Source of the DNA: Polymyxa betae A26-41
Taxonomy: Eukaryota; Protista; Endomyxa: Phytomyxea
Reading direction: 5' to 3'
NCBI GenBank assembly: GCA_003693705.1
Contig: RBZT01000508.1
Location: forward strand, 1-62,608
Length of the DNA stretch: 62,608 bases
Each line of letters starts with the position of its first letter. Within the stretch, counting starts at the first letter, position 1. Positions 24,279-37,500 of the stretch are shown in pieces. The notes under the pieces are model-generated. The model had not been told where the DNA came from. It did no database searches and saw nothing but the letters and a program-made list of their open reading frames with translations. The position numbers and the translations under genes were made by a program.

Positions 24279-27200
24279 ATGGGTGGCTGGAAAAAGGAGT
24301 TCCAAAGCATTTTGAGCCGGCTGAAGCGTGAGCCTGGATATGTCTACTTTAAAGTGGCAGTCGATCCAGTTGGGCTGCATATTCCCCTTTATCCATATCT
24401 CATAAAATGCCCAATGGATTTGGGTACCGTCGAGGTATGATGCTCTGCGAACATTTAAGTGTTTGGATTGGAAGAAAGGCATTATTCAGCATATTCGTCC
24501 CCTTTTTATTCAACGTCTACAACCGACGCATGTAATATTTTAGGCAAAACTATCTTCAGGTGCATATGAATCGCAAGCTCCAGCCGCAGTTGATGTTTTG
24601 ACCTGTTTCAACAACGCTTTATTATTCAATGGCCCATCTTCTACTGGCTCCGATGTTTACAAATCAGCCAAGTCAATGCGAGGGACTTTCGCTAAATTGC
24701 ATCGTTCAAAATTTGGCTCGGATCCGCCTTACACTGGATTCCACGTTTCTGCACCAGACCCTCTTCCTGAAGAAGAACGTGTTGAATTGACGAAACCGAA
24801 CGTCGCGATTTTGATGGATATGCTAGATAGGCTTAAGAAGAAGTACAAGAAGGCCCTTGAGCCTTTTATTTTCTGTGTCGATCCGGAGCGATATCCGGAT
24901 TACTATAAAAGAGTCCCGAATCCCATCGCTCTGTCTGTTGTTGAGGTCAGGGGAGTCAATCTCTCGATTTTGTTCGGTTCTCTGACATTTTTTTAAGCTG
25001 AAAGGCTGATCCTCTGGTTACTTCTTTTTGGTTATCTGGTTTGCGTGAAGAGTCACTCTTTGCTTGGCGTGAACAATCACTCTTTGATGCGATTCACTGT
25101 TTTATATGCTACATAATTCTCACTCGTTTATTATTTCGCTGTCTTTTTTCACTCGCATCAATGGAGCTTGTGGTTAATGGGCCCCAATCTAATCATTGCT
25201 TTAGGCCAAACTTGAGCTTCATGGATACGAGATGTTTGGGCATTTTGCAGCAGAAATTCGGCGGATTTGGAGCAACTGTCAACTATACAACGGACAGGAT
25301 AAACTCTCAAGGCAGGCAGGAAAGATAGCTGCAAAATTCGAGAAATACCTCGGCAAAGCTTTGGACGATATGCGGTCTATTGTTGTGATTGATGATGGTC
25401 CTGCTAAGAAGGCGGCAGCAATGGTCGTTCTCCCTGTTTCATTGGCATCTAGCACTCTCGTCGACCCACAGGTTGTTCCAAAAGCTGAATCTCCACTAGC
25501 ACCATCGGCAGCTAAGCCTAATTCCGGTCTCCCCGCTAGTATTGAACCCGAAAAGCTTCCAGCTCCACCTCAGGTAGGCTGTTGCTTCTGATCTGAATCG
25601 CAATACTCATTTCGTTTAGAAAGCTAAACGGGATCAGTCGATTACACTAAAATTGGCTCTTTCATCGCGACCTCCGTTCAATAAAGCCGCTTGTCTCGAC
25701 ATAATCAACAAGCTCATCAAAGACAAACGCTCCCAATTGTTTCGAGATCCTGTCCCCGACTCAGTTCCCGGCTATCGCGATGTTATTGATCGACCGATGG
25801 ATCTGAAAACAGTTCGGGTATTCTAGCTGATTTACCCTGATGTGAGAGGCTTACCGTTTGTAGGGGAATATTCAAGCAGGGCGCTATGAAAGCAATGATG
25901 ATTTCGTAGCAGATGTGGCTCAGATTTGGGAAAACTGTCGCACTTTCAATGGACACTCCCCCATTACTGATATAGCCAATGTTCTCGCTACGAAATTCGA
26001 GCGAGATCTACTTCCATTACTTGATGCTGAGTATCCGCCTGTTTCTCAGGCGTCAAAACTTTCAGCACCACCCCCGAAACCAAAACAGCCCAAAGTTCAG
26101 CCGCCCAAAGTTCAGCCTCAGCCAGTTGTTGTCGAAGAACCAGTTCCAGTGAAAGTGGAACCTACACCTCCTCCTGCTTATTCTGGTCCCATTCTGCCTT
26201 CAATTCCTATTCTGCCCACTGCAGCTGATGCTTCACTAATATGTATTCCCTCTCAGCCAATGACCAGGACCTCTTCTCGTCTTTGCTCGACGATTCTGCG
26301 TTCTGTTATCTCAGTCGACATGTCTGGGGATTTTATGGATCCCCTTGACCCTGATATGTATAATTATGTCGGATATGACGAGTACGTTAAAAAGCGGATG
26401 GACTTGAAAACGGTCAGAAGGAATCTGGACACAGATCGCTATCCTACACCAAACGATTTTTTTGCCGATCTCAATTTGGTGTTTCTCAATGCCCTCACAT
26501 ACCCTGGCACTCCATTGCTTACCAAAATTGCTGCCAGGTATCTGTACTTACATGCTGAAACCGGATTTCTAGAGGCTTTTCCTGGAGCCAATTCCAAGCA
26601 AAACCTCAAACAACCGTGGGTCCAAGCTGCTAGGACTGCTCTGAATGAAGTCAACGCTTATGATTTCGGAAGGCTGTTTGCCGAACCAGTAAATCCCATC
26701 GTATTCAATCTTCTTGAATACTACGATCGTATTGAGAAGCCACGAGATCTCATAACTGTTACAAGGCGTCTTAATGCTGGTATTTACAGTACAGCTAGCG
26801 AGTTCCTTGCGGAAGTTGACCTGATTTGGTCCAATTGCATGCTCTATCATGGTGACACGAATCCTGATCTTACCGATGTTGCTGTTAACTGTCGAACTGT
26901 CTTTTTGGAATCGTTTGATCGCGCTCTTTCTGGTGTTTCAACGTCGGAATCTACTTCAACAGAACTGACATCCCTTCCTCCTGTCACTGGGGAATCAACT
27001 CTTCCGCCTCCCAAAGCCCCTGCAAAGCGACCGGTGCCCACACCTGCTGTCCATCTAATTCGGCGTCTCAAGAAGATGGATACTCAACAGGTATTCCACT
27101 TTCCTGTGGACCAAGCTCTCTATCCCGAATATAAAAATTTCGTTGAGAAGCCGATGGATTTGGGGACCATTGAAGCGAAATTATTGGAAGGTGGCTATTT

Positions 27201-28005
27201 TAAAGCTGAGGATTATATCGCTGATGTTCGACTGATTTTCACAAACTGTTCAGCATATAATGGTGAAGGGACTCCTATTCGTACACTCGGAAATCGTATG
27301 GCTGGAGTTTTCGAGTCCCATCTAGAAAAAACTGACATTCAGGCATCTCTGGATGAAATTCGCATCAAACTCGAACAGAAACGAGAAGAGAAAATTCGAA
27401 AAGAAAAAGAGAAGGAAGAGAAGAAAGTCGCCATTCAACAAAAAGCTGCTAAGCAAGCCTCGGAATCTGCAAAACGAAAAGCTGATGGCGGTGATGTACA
27501 TGGTCCGCCTCAGAAAGCCGCTAAGATTGACCATAGTAAAGCCAGGAGACCGTTGCCACCCGTACCGAGTGCGGTCTCAGATGAGCTGGTGTTCAAAACT
27601 TTACCCCCAAGAATCCCCATGCCTGTTTCAGTTCGTAAGAAGCTGTTGCCGTTAATACGCTCCCAAATCAGCACCTTAAAGTTGATACCAAAATCGATGT
27701 TATCTTCAAATTCAACTGACGGTCCAAAGACTGCTGAAGCTGATAAAAGCAACGAAGAAGCGGTACAACTTCTCGCTAGGGGATCAAATGGGATTAAGTT
27801 TCGGCTTGGTGCCAAGTTCAAAACAAGGACCAGACCTCAGAAAGAAGTCAGTTGTTCTCGCGCCGGTCCTGTTTTTGCTAATTCCATGGACGCTGATGAT
27901 GCGATGAATATCGATTCCTACAGCCAATGGGATTCGAAGGTTCAGTCATGGCTTCAGAATATGCAGTCGGAATCAAACACTTCAGTCGATTGTTGGGCAA
28001 GATAG
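24279..28005 (+). CDS. Six-bromodomain protein
   Basis: Six bromodomains (F..PV...Y...PMDL..V / NC..YN patterns) after joining exons; start MGGWKKEFQSILSRLK. Confidence 0.85.
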
Positions 28006-28152
28006 AGCTCTCTTTTCTAAGGGCTGATTTGATCTACATCCCATTCCATATATCAATGAGATCAAGTAATTGTTAATATACTATGTATTGAATAGATTAA
28101 TTATTAAATATTTATAACAGAGATAGAATCCAAGCATGTCCGCCAATGCTTT

Positions 28153-29031
28153 TCATTGGCAGTTTGAAGTTTTGTCAGAATGAATTCTGCCATTCCTGAG
28201 ACGTAGCCTGTCCAAGTTGGGACTTAGTTCGCTGTTAGCATTTTGTTTTGATTTCGGAGAATGGACAGTCCGCTTTCTCAAAGAAACCTTTGCTTTGCGA
28301 AGAAGAGCTTCATTGAGGCGATAACCAAGCTTTTTGAGTGATAGAGTAAAAAAATCGCCACAAACAAGAACGGATTCTTTCAGGGTATTGAGGTCCAAGC
28401 GAATGTGATTAAAGGACTCAGTAAGGGTGGACATACTCTGGAGCTTCTCCTGGCGATTCAATGAAGACTGAATTGTTCTCTGAAAACGCAGTTCTTGCAC
28501 TGATCTCTCCAGTTCAGCGATCTTTCCCTCTGCGTAGTGTCGATACGCTTGGAATTCATCAAGGGAGAGGCGAAGCTCATTCTGACATTCTGATACGCTG
28601 CGATGTGCAGCTTGTAAAGCTAATAGCAGCCCATAAACGTCAGCGTTTTGTTCAGAGTCAATTCGGGTAATGTTACACGAGCGAGATTTAGCATCATTTG
28701 TACTTTCTGGAATCTCATCGTATGGATATATATTTGGAGTTTCTCCCAGCTGCTTATCAGAGGTGCTGACATTTGTTGTTAGTTGGACGTCAGCATTGTT
28801 GACATTGACAAGCGAAGCAACTGACGACGGACTCGTTCGTCTTTCACTTTCACAAGGAGGAGACGTATTAGTTTTGGGAGAATAACTAGTGCCGTCATCA
28901 TATTGAAAATTAAGTTCTAGCTGAGCTCCCGTAATTTCTTGAGCAGAGCATGGCCCGGAATCTACTGCGGTCTGTAGATCTGGATTGACACCTCGATAGA
29001 AATCGGCCAAGACCGAGCTCTTCATCACCAC
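28153..29031 (-). CDS. Hypothetical coiled-coil protein (probable further 5' exons to ~29310)
   Basis: 292-aa open frame with a heptad region; no domain recognised. Confidence 0.5.
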   Translation of the reverse strand: MVMKSSVLADFYRGVNPDLQTAVDSGPCSAQEITGAQLELNFQYDDGTSYSPKTNTSPPCESERRTSPSSVASLVNVNNADVQLTTNVSTSDKQLGETPNIYPYDEIPESTNDAKSRSCNITRIDSEQNADVYGLLLALQAAHRSVSECQNELRLSLDEFQAYRHYAEGKIAELERSVQELRFQRTIQSSLNRQEKLQSMSTLTESFNHIRLDLNTLKESVLVCGDFFTLSLKKLGYRLNEALLRKAKVSLRKRTVHSPKSKQNANSELSPNLDRLRLRNGRIHSDKTSNCQ

Positions 29032-29436
29032 ATCATTACGAATGAATAAAAGTGTGTATTGAATGAAAGCAAAATTGAAACTTAGGAGGAGGCCAAGCGG
29101 GAGGCCAATCCTTCACAGATAGCCTCAATGTGAATGCCACAAACAAGATGATGGTCGTCTGATCAAACTTTTACAGATTATCAGAATGATCAACTCATGT
29201 CATCATGATACTGGTCGATAATGCTGATTGGGGATGAGGCTCGATTGCCTGGCTACAAAATCGCTTCTCGCCAAACAACCGTTAAATGGATGAGCTGCAT
29301 AGCCCATAGCCCATTTAGGGGGCCCTCAATACCGTCATTTCCGTTCTTTCAAATCCCGTAGATTTGCTTTTTTCCTGACTTGATGACCGGTTTGATCATT
29401 CTTCATACAACTTAATACCTCACTCCTTTTTAACCA

Positions 29437-30422
29437 ATGGAAACCACTATCGTATTTGTCGTCGTCATCTCGGCTTTCTTCGTCCCGTTCTGCGATGCGG
29501 CCATAATATCCGATTTGAGTCAGAGCCAGGAGACGTCCCAAGGAATGATGCACCAAATGGTAGTAACCTCTGCCTTGTGAATATCCACCTATCTGATTGC
29601 GTTTATCTGCAGGAACAAGGCTCAGACTATCCCTCCCATGGATTCAAGCAGAACGTCTGGCTCGTGAGAGATTTGGCCGTGAACACCGTCGAAAAGAATG
29701 TCAATGACATCGACCTGCATAACAATGTATGGTGTCGAATTGATGCTGGAAGAGAGACAGGCATTGACATGATCATATCTCAAATCGTATTGGTAAGTTT
29801 ATTAGTCCAATAATTAGAGGGTTATGCTAATGTGCTATAGCTGCGGGTTCTCTTTCGAATCATGTTCAATGCTTTCAGAGAATGGGATGCTAAATCAACA
29901 TTATCACAGATTGTTGCTTCCTTTCGTGCTTCGGAAGAAGGCAATCAGTATCTGCGTTCAATGTCGTTCAAAAACGTGAAAGACGCAGCTCCAAGGCTGA
30001 CAAGATCGTTGACAAGGCCGACGATGCCTCAAATCAAGTCGTTGTCGCGAACCATATCGAGGAATGCTGTGCCTTTGACGAGAACCGTCTCGAAGAATGT
30101 GATCGAAATGCATGTTGATGCAGCAAGGTTCTTCCATCAATTCAGACTCGTGAAATGCATCTTGAAGAACATCATCCCGACCGATGGAGATCTGATCGAT
30201 GTCGCTAGTAATGTTATCTTAGTAATGTGGCTTACTTGTACTGCTCATGCTTTGGCCAAGAACGCCTTCGATGACCCTGTTAGTCTGATCACGTACCAGC
30301 TAACAAGAGAAGGAATCACTCTTAGAAGGTTCTTAATGGATATGGTGGCTCTCATTTACATAAGTTTTTACGTCATACGATTTATTTGTAGGTTGACATG
30401 CAGATTTATCTGCAAACACTGA
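29437..30422 (+). CDS. Secreted/membrane orphan protein (3 exons)
   Basis: Signal peptide METTIVFVVVISAFFVPFCDA; two GT-AG introns preserve the frame; hydrophobic C-terminal segments. Confidence 0.65.
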
Positions 30423-30923
30423 AATCATCTGATCAAAGTAAACAGAAAATACCTCAAATCTCTGATAATTTTGTAATCGTTTGACCCTGTATTGCGTTTT
30501 TTTAAGGGCCGATCACATTGCATCTCGGGGGTCGCTTAGCTCTTTCGTTCGAATCGATTGGTTCCTAAAACGCAAGTAGTAGTGTAAAACACGACTTTGA
30601 AGCGGGAACGATGCATCAATGACAGTGTTTGGCAGACAGGTCAACAAAGTGTCAAGGTATGGATGGCAGCCAAAGCCTCGTTAGCTTTAGAATCTGTTTT
30701 ATAAATGTGATAAGAATCAAGTCATCACTCAATCTGAATTGTAACAAATCACAGAGTGGTAACATTACAGTTGAGATTATTCACGCAATAACAATCAGTC
30801 ATTTCCAATTTTGTGATCGTTATTGATCTCGTCATTGATCTCCAGATCCAGATATCGACGGATTAGTCGGACCTGACCATAATCCAGACGGTCCCATTGC
30901 CAGGCATTGGCCCAGTTTATCTC

Positions 30924-31487
30924 ATGTCTGCTGAGAATAGAGAACACCCGCTCAAGGCGCGGTATTCGCTATGGATAGCGCCGCGCTCCTTCGCCGGCGC
31001 CTACCAGGCCCAGCTCACACATTTGGCGACGTTCTCCACCGTCGAATCGTTCTGGCGTCATTGGTCTTGGACGATCAGACCGAGTGAGATCGGTTTCAAC
31101 TGCGATCTGCATCTGTTTCGTGACCGCATCCGTCCAATTTGGGAGGACGACAACAATGTGAACGGTGGCAAATGGGAGATCCATCTCAGGAAAGGGATTG
31201 CATCGCGCTGCTTCGAGGATGTCATCCTGGCCGTTCTGGGAGACCAATTCCGGGTCGGTGATGAGATTTGTGGCGTGGTGGTCAGCATCAAATCGCACGA
31301 AGATATGTTATCGATCTGGAATCGATCTGCTCATGACCAGGATGTGATCAGCAGTATCCGAGACACACTAAAACAGATCCTGAACATCCCCTCGAACCAG
31401 GCTTTACAATACCATGTTCACAGCGAGAAGATGGCCGCCATGCAACAGCAGCAGGTCCAGCAACAACGTCAGCAGCAACACCCTTAA
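30924..31487 (+). CDS. EIF4E2: eIF4E family member, class II (4EHP-like)
   Basis: HPLKARYSLW (Tyr at the class-I Trp position), TFSTVESFW, HLFRDRIRPIWED, NGGKW.I.LRKG, LAVLGDQF and ICGVVVS. Confidence 0.88.
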   Translation: MSAENREHPLKARYSLWIAPRSFAGAYQAQLTHLATFSTVESFWRHWSWTIRPSEIGFNCDLHLFRDRIRPIWEDDNNVNGGKWEIHLRKGIASRCFEDVILAVLGDQFRVGDEICGVVVSIKSHEDMLSIWNRSAHDQDVISSIRDTLKQILNIPSNQALQYHVHSEKMAAMQQQQVQQQRQQQHP

Positions 31488-31530
31488 TGTACCTAATATA
31501 ATTGAGTCATAGCACAGCGATACTGTTTTA

Positions 31531-34500
31531 TTAAGTTTGATCTAGTATGAGGGCAACCCCTCGCAACCCCAATGTGCTTGAAGAGCATGGTAGCTGAACT
31601 TCAGCGGACAGATCCCGCCGACTACTGTTTGTGTAGATTGGAACAATAAGTTGCGGCGTGGTCAGTGCTCGGTCTTCAGGCAGCGCCCAGAACATCCTCG
31701 CGCGTCGAATTTCGGTCTGCAATGACGCGATCAAATCCTAATACGACAAATGCGGAGTATGGCAGTACCTGGATGGGATCACCATCGCAGCTAAGAATTT
31801 GCCGTTCTGAATCCCAGATCGCAGAACTCAAAATGAGGTTTTTGACATAGAACCCCGTTTGACAACGTTCATCACTCTGGACAATTGAAGGTCAGTGGTC
31901 AGAGAGGAAAAAGTCAAGAATGCTAGAAAGCTTACAGGACTGAGATCGATTTGGAGCCGCATCATGTCGAGAGCCCAATTCTGTTCAATTGCTACCACCT
32001 GTTTAGTGCAGGAAATAAACTTGGATGGGTCCAAACAACCAGTTCCTAGAACGTGCTCGCTTTAGCGCAGACGGACACACGATCTGAGATACTTCGTCAC
32101 CTAAATCGATCTCTGATTGCTGAATGGGGCAGCAAGTTGGCAACTGCGAGCTGGCTGAGACACGGCGCCCGACATCACGAACATATCCTAATGGGGTCAG
32201 CATTGATATTGATGGCGTGTACAGACGCAGCCATGTTTCAGGAATGCGATTGCATCGTAGCGTGGATGTCTACGACGTTCAGTAAGGACCTTTAGACGAA
32301 GGCGAAATGCGAACTACCAGATTGACGATTTCGCTACTCGGAGTGGTCTTGCTTGATTTCAGAGTAGATTGCACCAATTGCAGGTCATCGATCATGATAT
32401 GGATCAAATTTTGCCAGCTTGAATGCTCATTGTGAACAAATTCGCTGATTAAATCGTTGGCGTTTTCGTCTGAAAAAGTTGAAATTGCGATTTTCAATAA
32501 AAAAACACAGGATTACCAAAGCTTGTCCTAAGGCGATCTTTGTACTGGACAATACAGTCAAGGCATTGGTGGATCACATCAGCTAAACGCATCTGCCAGC
32601 TGTCGTTTTCATTTTGGGAGTGCTTTTCAGCAATAAGTTGATATGAAACAATTGAGGGCTGTCGCATACCAATGTATCAGCGCTCTCATCCTGCAGCATG
32701 ACGATTTGACGGACGAAACGACGACCTGATTCAGTCAACAAAATCGACGACGTCTGCCGAGGCAACCCCAGCGGGGAAGGGTTTTCGAACAGAGGCATGG
32801 AGGGCGCTATGATATCGTCGAAGTCTGAGTGTCGCACGCAAGTCGCCAATTGACGATTGAAGTCGGTCTCGAATTGCAAAAGGTCGAAGTCGGAATCGAA
32901 AATCTGAGACGAGTTTAGTCTGTGTGATTGTGGCAACAAGTAAATACCCACTTTGTTATCAAAGATCTGGTCGATGAGAAGTTTAAGACAATGGCGATCA
33001 TGGCGCTCCTGAACCTGACCTCCTAAACGGAAAACTATGGACGTCTGTACACAAACGATAAGGGTGTTCGCGTACCGAACGCAAAGAGCAATAAGAGAGC
33101 GCGAATAGCTTGAAGACGATCGGGGCTGGTAATCGCTGATTTTCCGATGAAAGAATCGATGACCACCAATGCACAGTCCAGGTCGACGGTAGAGAATGAA
33201 TAACTCCTTGTCCAGCCGATCGGCTTATAATGAAGCCGTTCCAAGAGCTAAAACATTATTGGATGCAGCAGCCAAGTAGAGCGTCGCTAAATGCATACCT
33301 GAGCGTATAACCAGGCGCACAGAAAATACAGACGCGAACGTGAACGCGGCTGATGATCGGCACGATCGATTGGAATCAAATTCCAGGAAGATTTTAGAGC
33401 AGTGGACGGGGCCGATTCAATGATTGCGACATTACAAAGACGAAGCAGGCGGATCTGATCACAGACTTAGTCTCTTGATGAGATGGTTATCGATTGTAAT
33501 ACCGGGAGCCGATCTGATGCATCTAGCTGAGCGGATAAAGTATGTCGTGATGTTACGCAGTGGTGTTCGTTATCTCGCAGAGCAGCTTCCAATGCCGTGA
33601 GCCACAAGCGCGATCCCAAATGGATGTTGCACAAAAGAAGGCGTCGCTTACCCTAATAGCGATCAAAATCTAACAGAATTACGCAGGGATAACGAATACA
33701 AGTTGTATAGCATCCAGCGCGGATTGGAAAGATTCCTCCGAGCCCAAACTAATAATGACAATATCATCAAAGTCATCCTCCTTTTCGATAACTTTTTTGA
33801 TATCGGTGAGAGCGTCGGTGAGCAGTAATCGAGGACCAGGCAATTCTAAATTCTGAAACGGAGGCCCTAGCAATCGTTACTTCAGACAACATTGAAAGGG
33901 ACGTCACTTGAAATATGATACCAAGAGCATCCTGTACGTATCGCTTCACGCAATGTGGAACCTGTTCAGGATACAAAACCGATGAAACGACGGCCGATTC
34001 GATCGAAGGCATTTTAAAGAGTTGATCGGATAGAGTATGAAGACCCAAATCATTCAAGAACGTGACTCGTTTGTCAAGCTCGGCAAATCCAGCAATGCAC
34101 TCCTGATCGAGAGAAATAAAAAAAAAATGGAAAACAGAACCAAATTCAGTACGGTGGCTTTGTTAAACAATGCAGCATGGTCAGAATCTAACAGAAGGGC
34201 AATTAAGAATGAGAACAGGCTCTGGTCGACAAAACGAATCGAAGCGATATAAGCATCGTTGATGGCGCGAGCCAGACAACGACGTAAACGCTTCATGTCT
34301 TGTTCGTCTTTGCCAAAAGAAGTTAAGAATGACCGCAGCATAAGAAATAGTGATTGGGCCGAGAACTGATACAATGGCGAAACCCTAATTGCAATTTCAA
34401 TGAGTTCTTTGAACGTGCTCAAAATGCTGTTATACATTTCCATGCGCTGTAAGAGAGAATAGATATTGGTAACGAACTCAGTGATGGGCGCGTATCTCAT

Positions 34501-37500
34501 CGAATGGGCCATAATCTGTTCAAGCAATTCATCCGCCTTTTTCAGCTCTAAACAATGTTAAACAAGCCAGACAAATTCCTCATATACCGACCTAGATTTG
34601 CCTGCTGCGATTTGCGGCTGGCTTGTTCGAGCTTCGATACAAGCGTTACGTCATCAACAATGTTGCTGACTGATCCCGATTCGTTCAGATGCTGCAGTAT
34701 TTCTCGCTCTGACAAAGCCAAACTAAGCCGAGTCTGTTCGGCTTTCGAATGCAGTGTGAGTCGTTGCGAATGCAATTCAGGTGTCAAGACTTCCTGTAAA
34801 CGGAGTGAGAGATGATTTCTAGAATTTCTTGTTGCCGGTAAAAACATAAAACCGACCTGAATTAAGTGCAAAACTTGATCGGAGAGCGTGTCCTGCGTTA
34901 CAGAGAAATGAACAAATGTTACTCGTGAGCACAGATCTAAGCAAGCCCCTCAGATCAGATAGTGACAGATTAGAGCAACCGACCTGGAGTGAAGCGGGCC
35001 TTCATGTCGCGAGTCACCATGATCAGATGGAATTTGGGTGACACGTCAACATCGCGATCAACGACACGGACCACAGTGCGACCATCAAGACGAATAAATT
35101 CGCGATTTAACACCGGATTTAAAATCGGATCGATATCCTACCAGATGTCAGCACATGACTCGAATGAAACGACGAAAAATGAGAACATATAACTTAAAAA
35201 AAGAGAAACAAGAAAGAAGTCAAATATCGAGTTAAGACAGTGTTCTCTCGCACCTCAACATCTTCAATCAGTAAAACAGTTCCGAATCGCAAACACGAAG
35301 TAAGCGTTTTCAAGAACATGGGACTAGACAGCCGAGTTCGAGTAAGCTGTGGGTATCTAGTTATGAGATGAAAATCCGGGGTAGAATATAATCTTTGATA
35401 GGGTTTACCTGGCTTGAATAAATGCAGCTGCTTGATTTGCTGGATCGATTAGTAGCGGATATCGAGGGCTCTGCTCCAGAAGCACAGCATTGCTGAGGGC
35501 GTTGTTTCCAACAGGAAGACCCAGCAGAGACCATCGAACGTGATCGTCGGCGGAGCTCATCACCTGAAACATAGAATAAGAAAACAGCCAAGATGACACA
35601 AATATGTAGAAGCGACAAAGGTTGCAGGGTCGGTAAAATGGGTTCAATGCATTTAGAGCTGAACACAGATGGAAATGCAGATCCACCTGTGAGAAGTTCA
35701 GTTCGGTTCGTGCTGAAAGAAGGCAATTTTGGTGCCAGAGTTGAGCGAGCTGATCGCGATTGTGCTCGTCGAAATAACCAGCATAGACCAGAAACGCCGA
35801 GCTCAATACGGAATCGCCAAGAATGGATTCGAACGCGTCGGCAGCTGCCAGAGATGACGCTTCCCATCGAGCGCGTTCCGATGATAATCCAGCCACTACA
35901 CCGAAACAAGTTAAGCAACAAGTTTGAATCTTGACAAATCACGAAACATAAACGCTTTTGGAATTTAAACAGAGGACGTGCCGATTTTCAACGAGCGATC
36001 GCATCCCGATTCGACAGATTCAATTTCTGATTTCAAGGACTGAATTGAGGCCACCATCTCGGCATAACGCTGCTTTATAACGGCGATGTGTTGTTCGATT
36101 TCATGCAATGACGCGCACAGCTGTGAATGTTTCTCCTCCAGTTCGTTGCTGTCGTTCAAAAGCAGCTCCAGCTAGGTAGAATAAGCAACCGGTTAATGAT
36201 GGCTGCGGGTGACGAATACCTGAGAGCGCATCGGGGCAACCGCTTGCAAGACATCGCTGTATTCGATCTGGGATTTCACCCAAGAAACCAGCGGCCCGCA
36301 TGCCACGCTGGCATGATTTACAGTCTGTATCAAAATTAGTTGGCAGCGGAAAACGACAATAGACAAACTTCGAATGTAAACTCTGGATTGACCATATAGT
36401 CAAGTTTGATCGCCATGCGAACACCCGGCGTGACATTTTCTGGGTCGAACTGGTCCAAATTCAGTATTACGAGATTAATACTAATAACAACCAGGCTGAC
36501 ATTCACGATCGAGCTGATAAAATCGGCACGACGCAGAACGCGCCGGACTTCAGTCCACGATTTGCAGGAGACTCCCAACAGCAGCAAGGTGGGCTCCAGG
36601 GCGAGCTTGACAGCCGCAGGTGGATTACTATCAATTGTGAATATCCGCAATGCATACCAATCGCAATGCCTTTACCTGAACCCGCGGATTTCGTCCAGCG
36701 ACGCCTTCCGAATCGATTGAACGGCGCTTCTCGCCTCATCTAGCTTTGGTTGGATCGCATCCAGATCGTCCTGTCCGTCAAGTTAAAACTTTGAGAAGGC
36801 ACATCAAGCTGGTATGACCCGAATGATGCGTTGGCGCTCTGAGATCTCAGCACGACGCTCGTTGAGCTGAGCTTCAACGGCAAGCGTTTCGTCACGTTTC
36901 TTCTCGGCCATCGACTGCTCTTTGAGCACATCTTCCAGTGTCGTGTTTGCCACTTTTATTTGCTGTGAACAAACATGAGAAGCGAAAAAAACGTTTGCCG
37001 ATTATCCCACCCGATCGAGCGTTTGGCGAACCGCAATTAAATCATCCTGCATATTTCTAACGTCAACTTCAGTGGAACGTAATTTTTCGAGACCAGAACG
37101 GCGATGCCCTTGTTCTGTGTGTAAAATAGTATGTCAGCGACGGTTTGGAGACGCCTTGTTCGTGCTTATACCATAGTCAAGGGTATTGCGACATTCTTGA
37201 ACGACTTTAATGAATGTATGGAGAAGGTCGACATAATGGCGAGGAGTGACGTAACAGCATCTCTGAATGCGATTCAGGCGATGATCATCGCTGAATTTAA
37301 CTGTGGATCGATGACACGAAACTAGCGACTTCTACGCCAAAACGTTAATCTTCGGGAAACTGGATCACAAACAGTTAATTTCCAACCGCGACTGAAACGA
37401 TCGAGTCATCGTCCTCATTGAATATGCCCGCTTCATGAAGTAACTCGATAGCGATTTGATGTAAGGCATCATCGGACCAATCCCCTGTTTCACAGGACAG

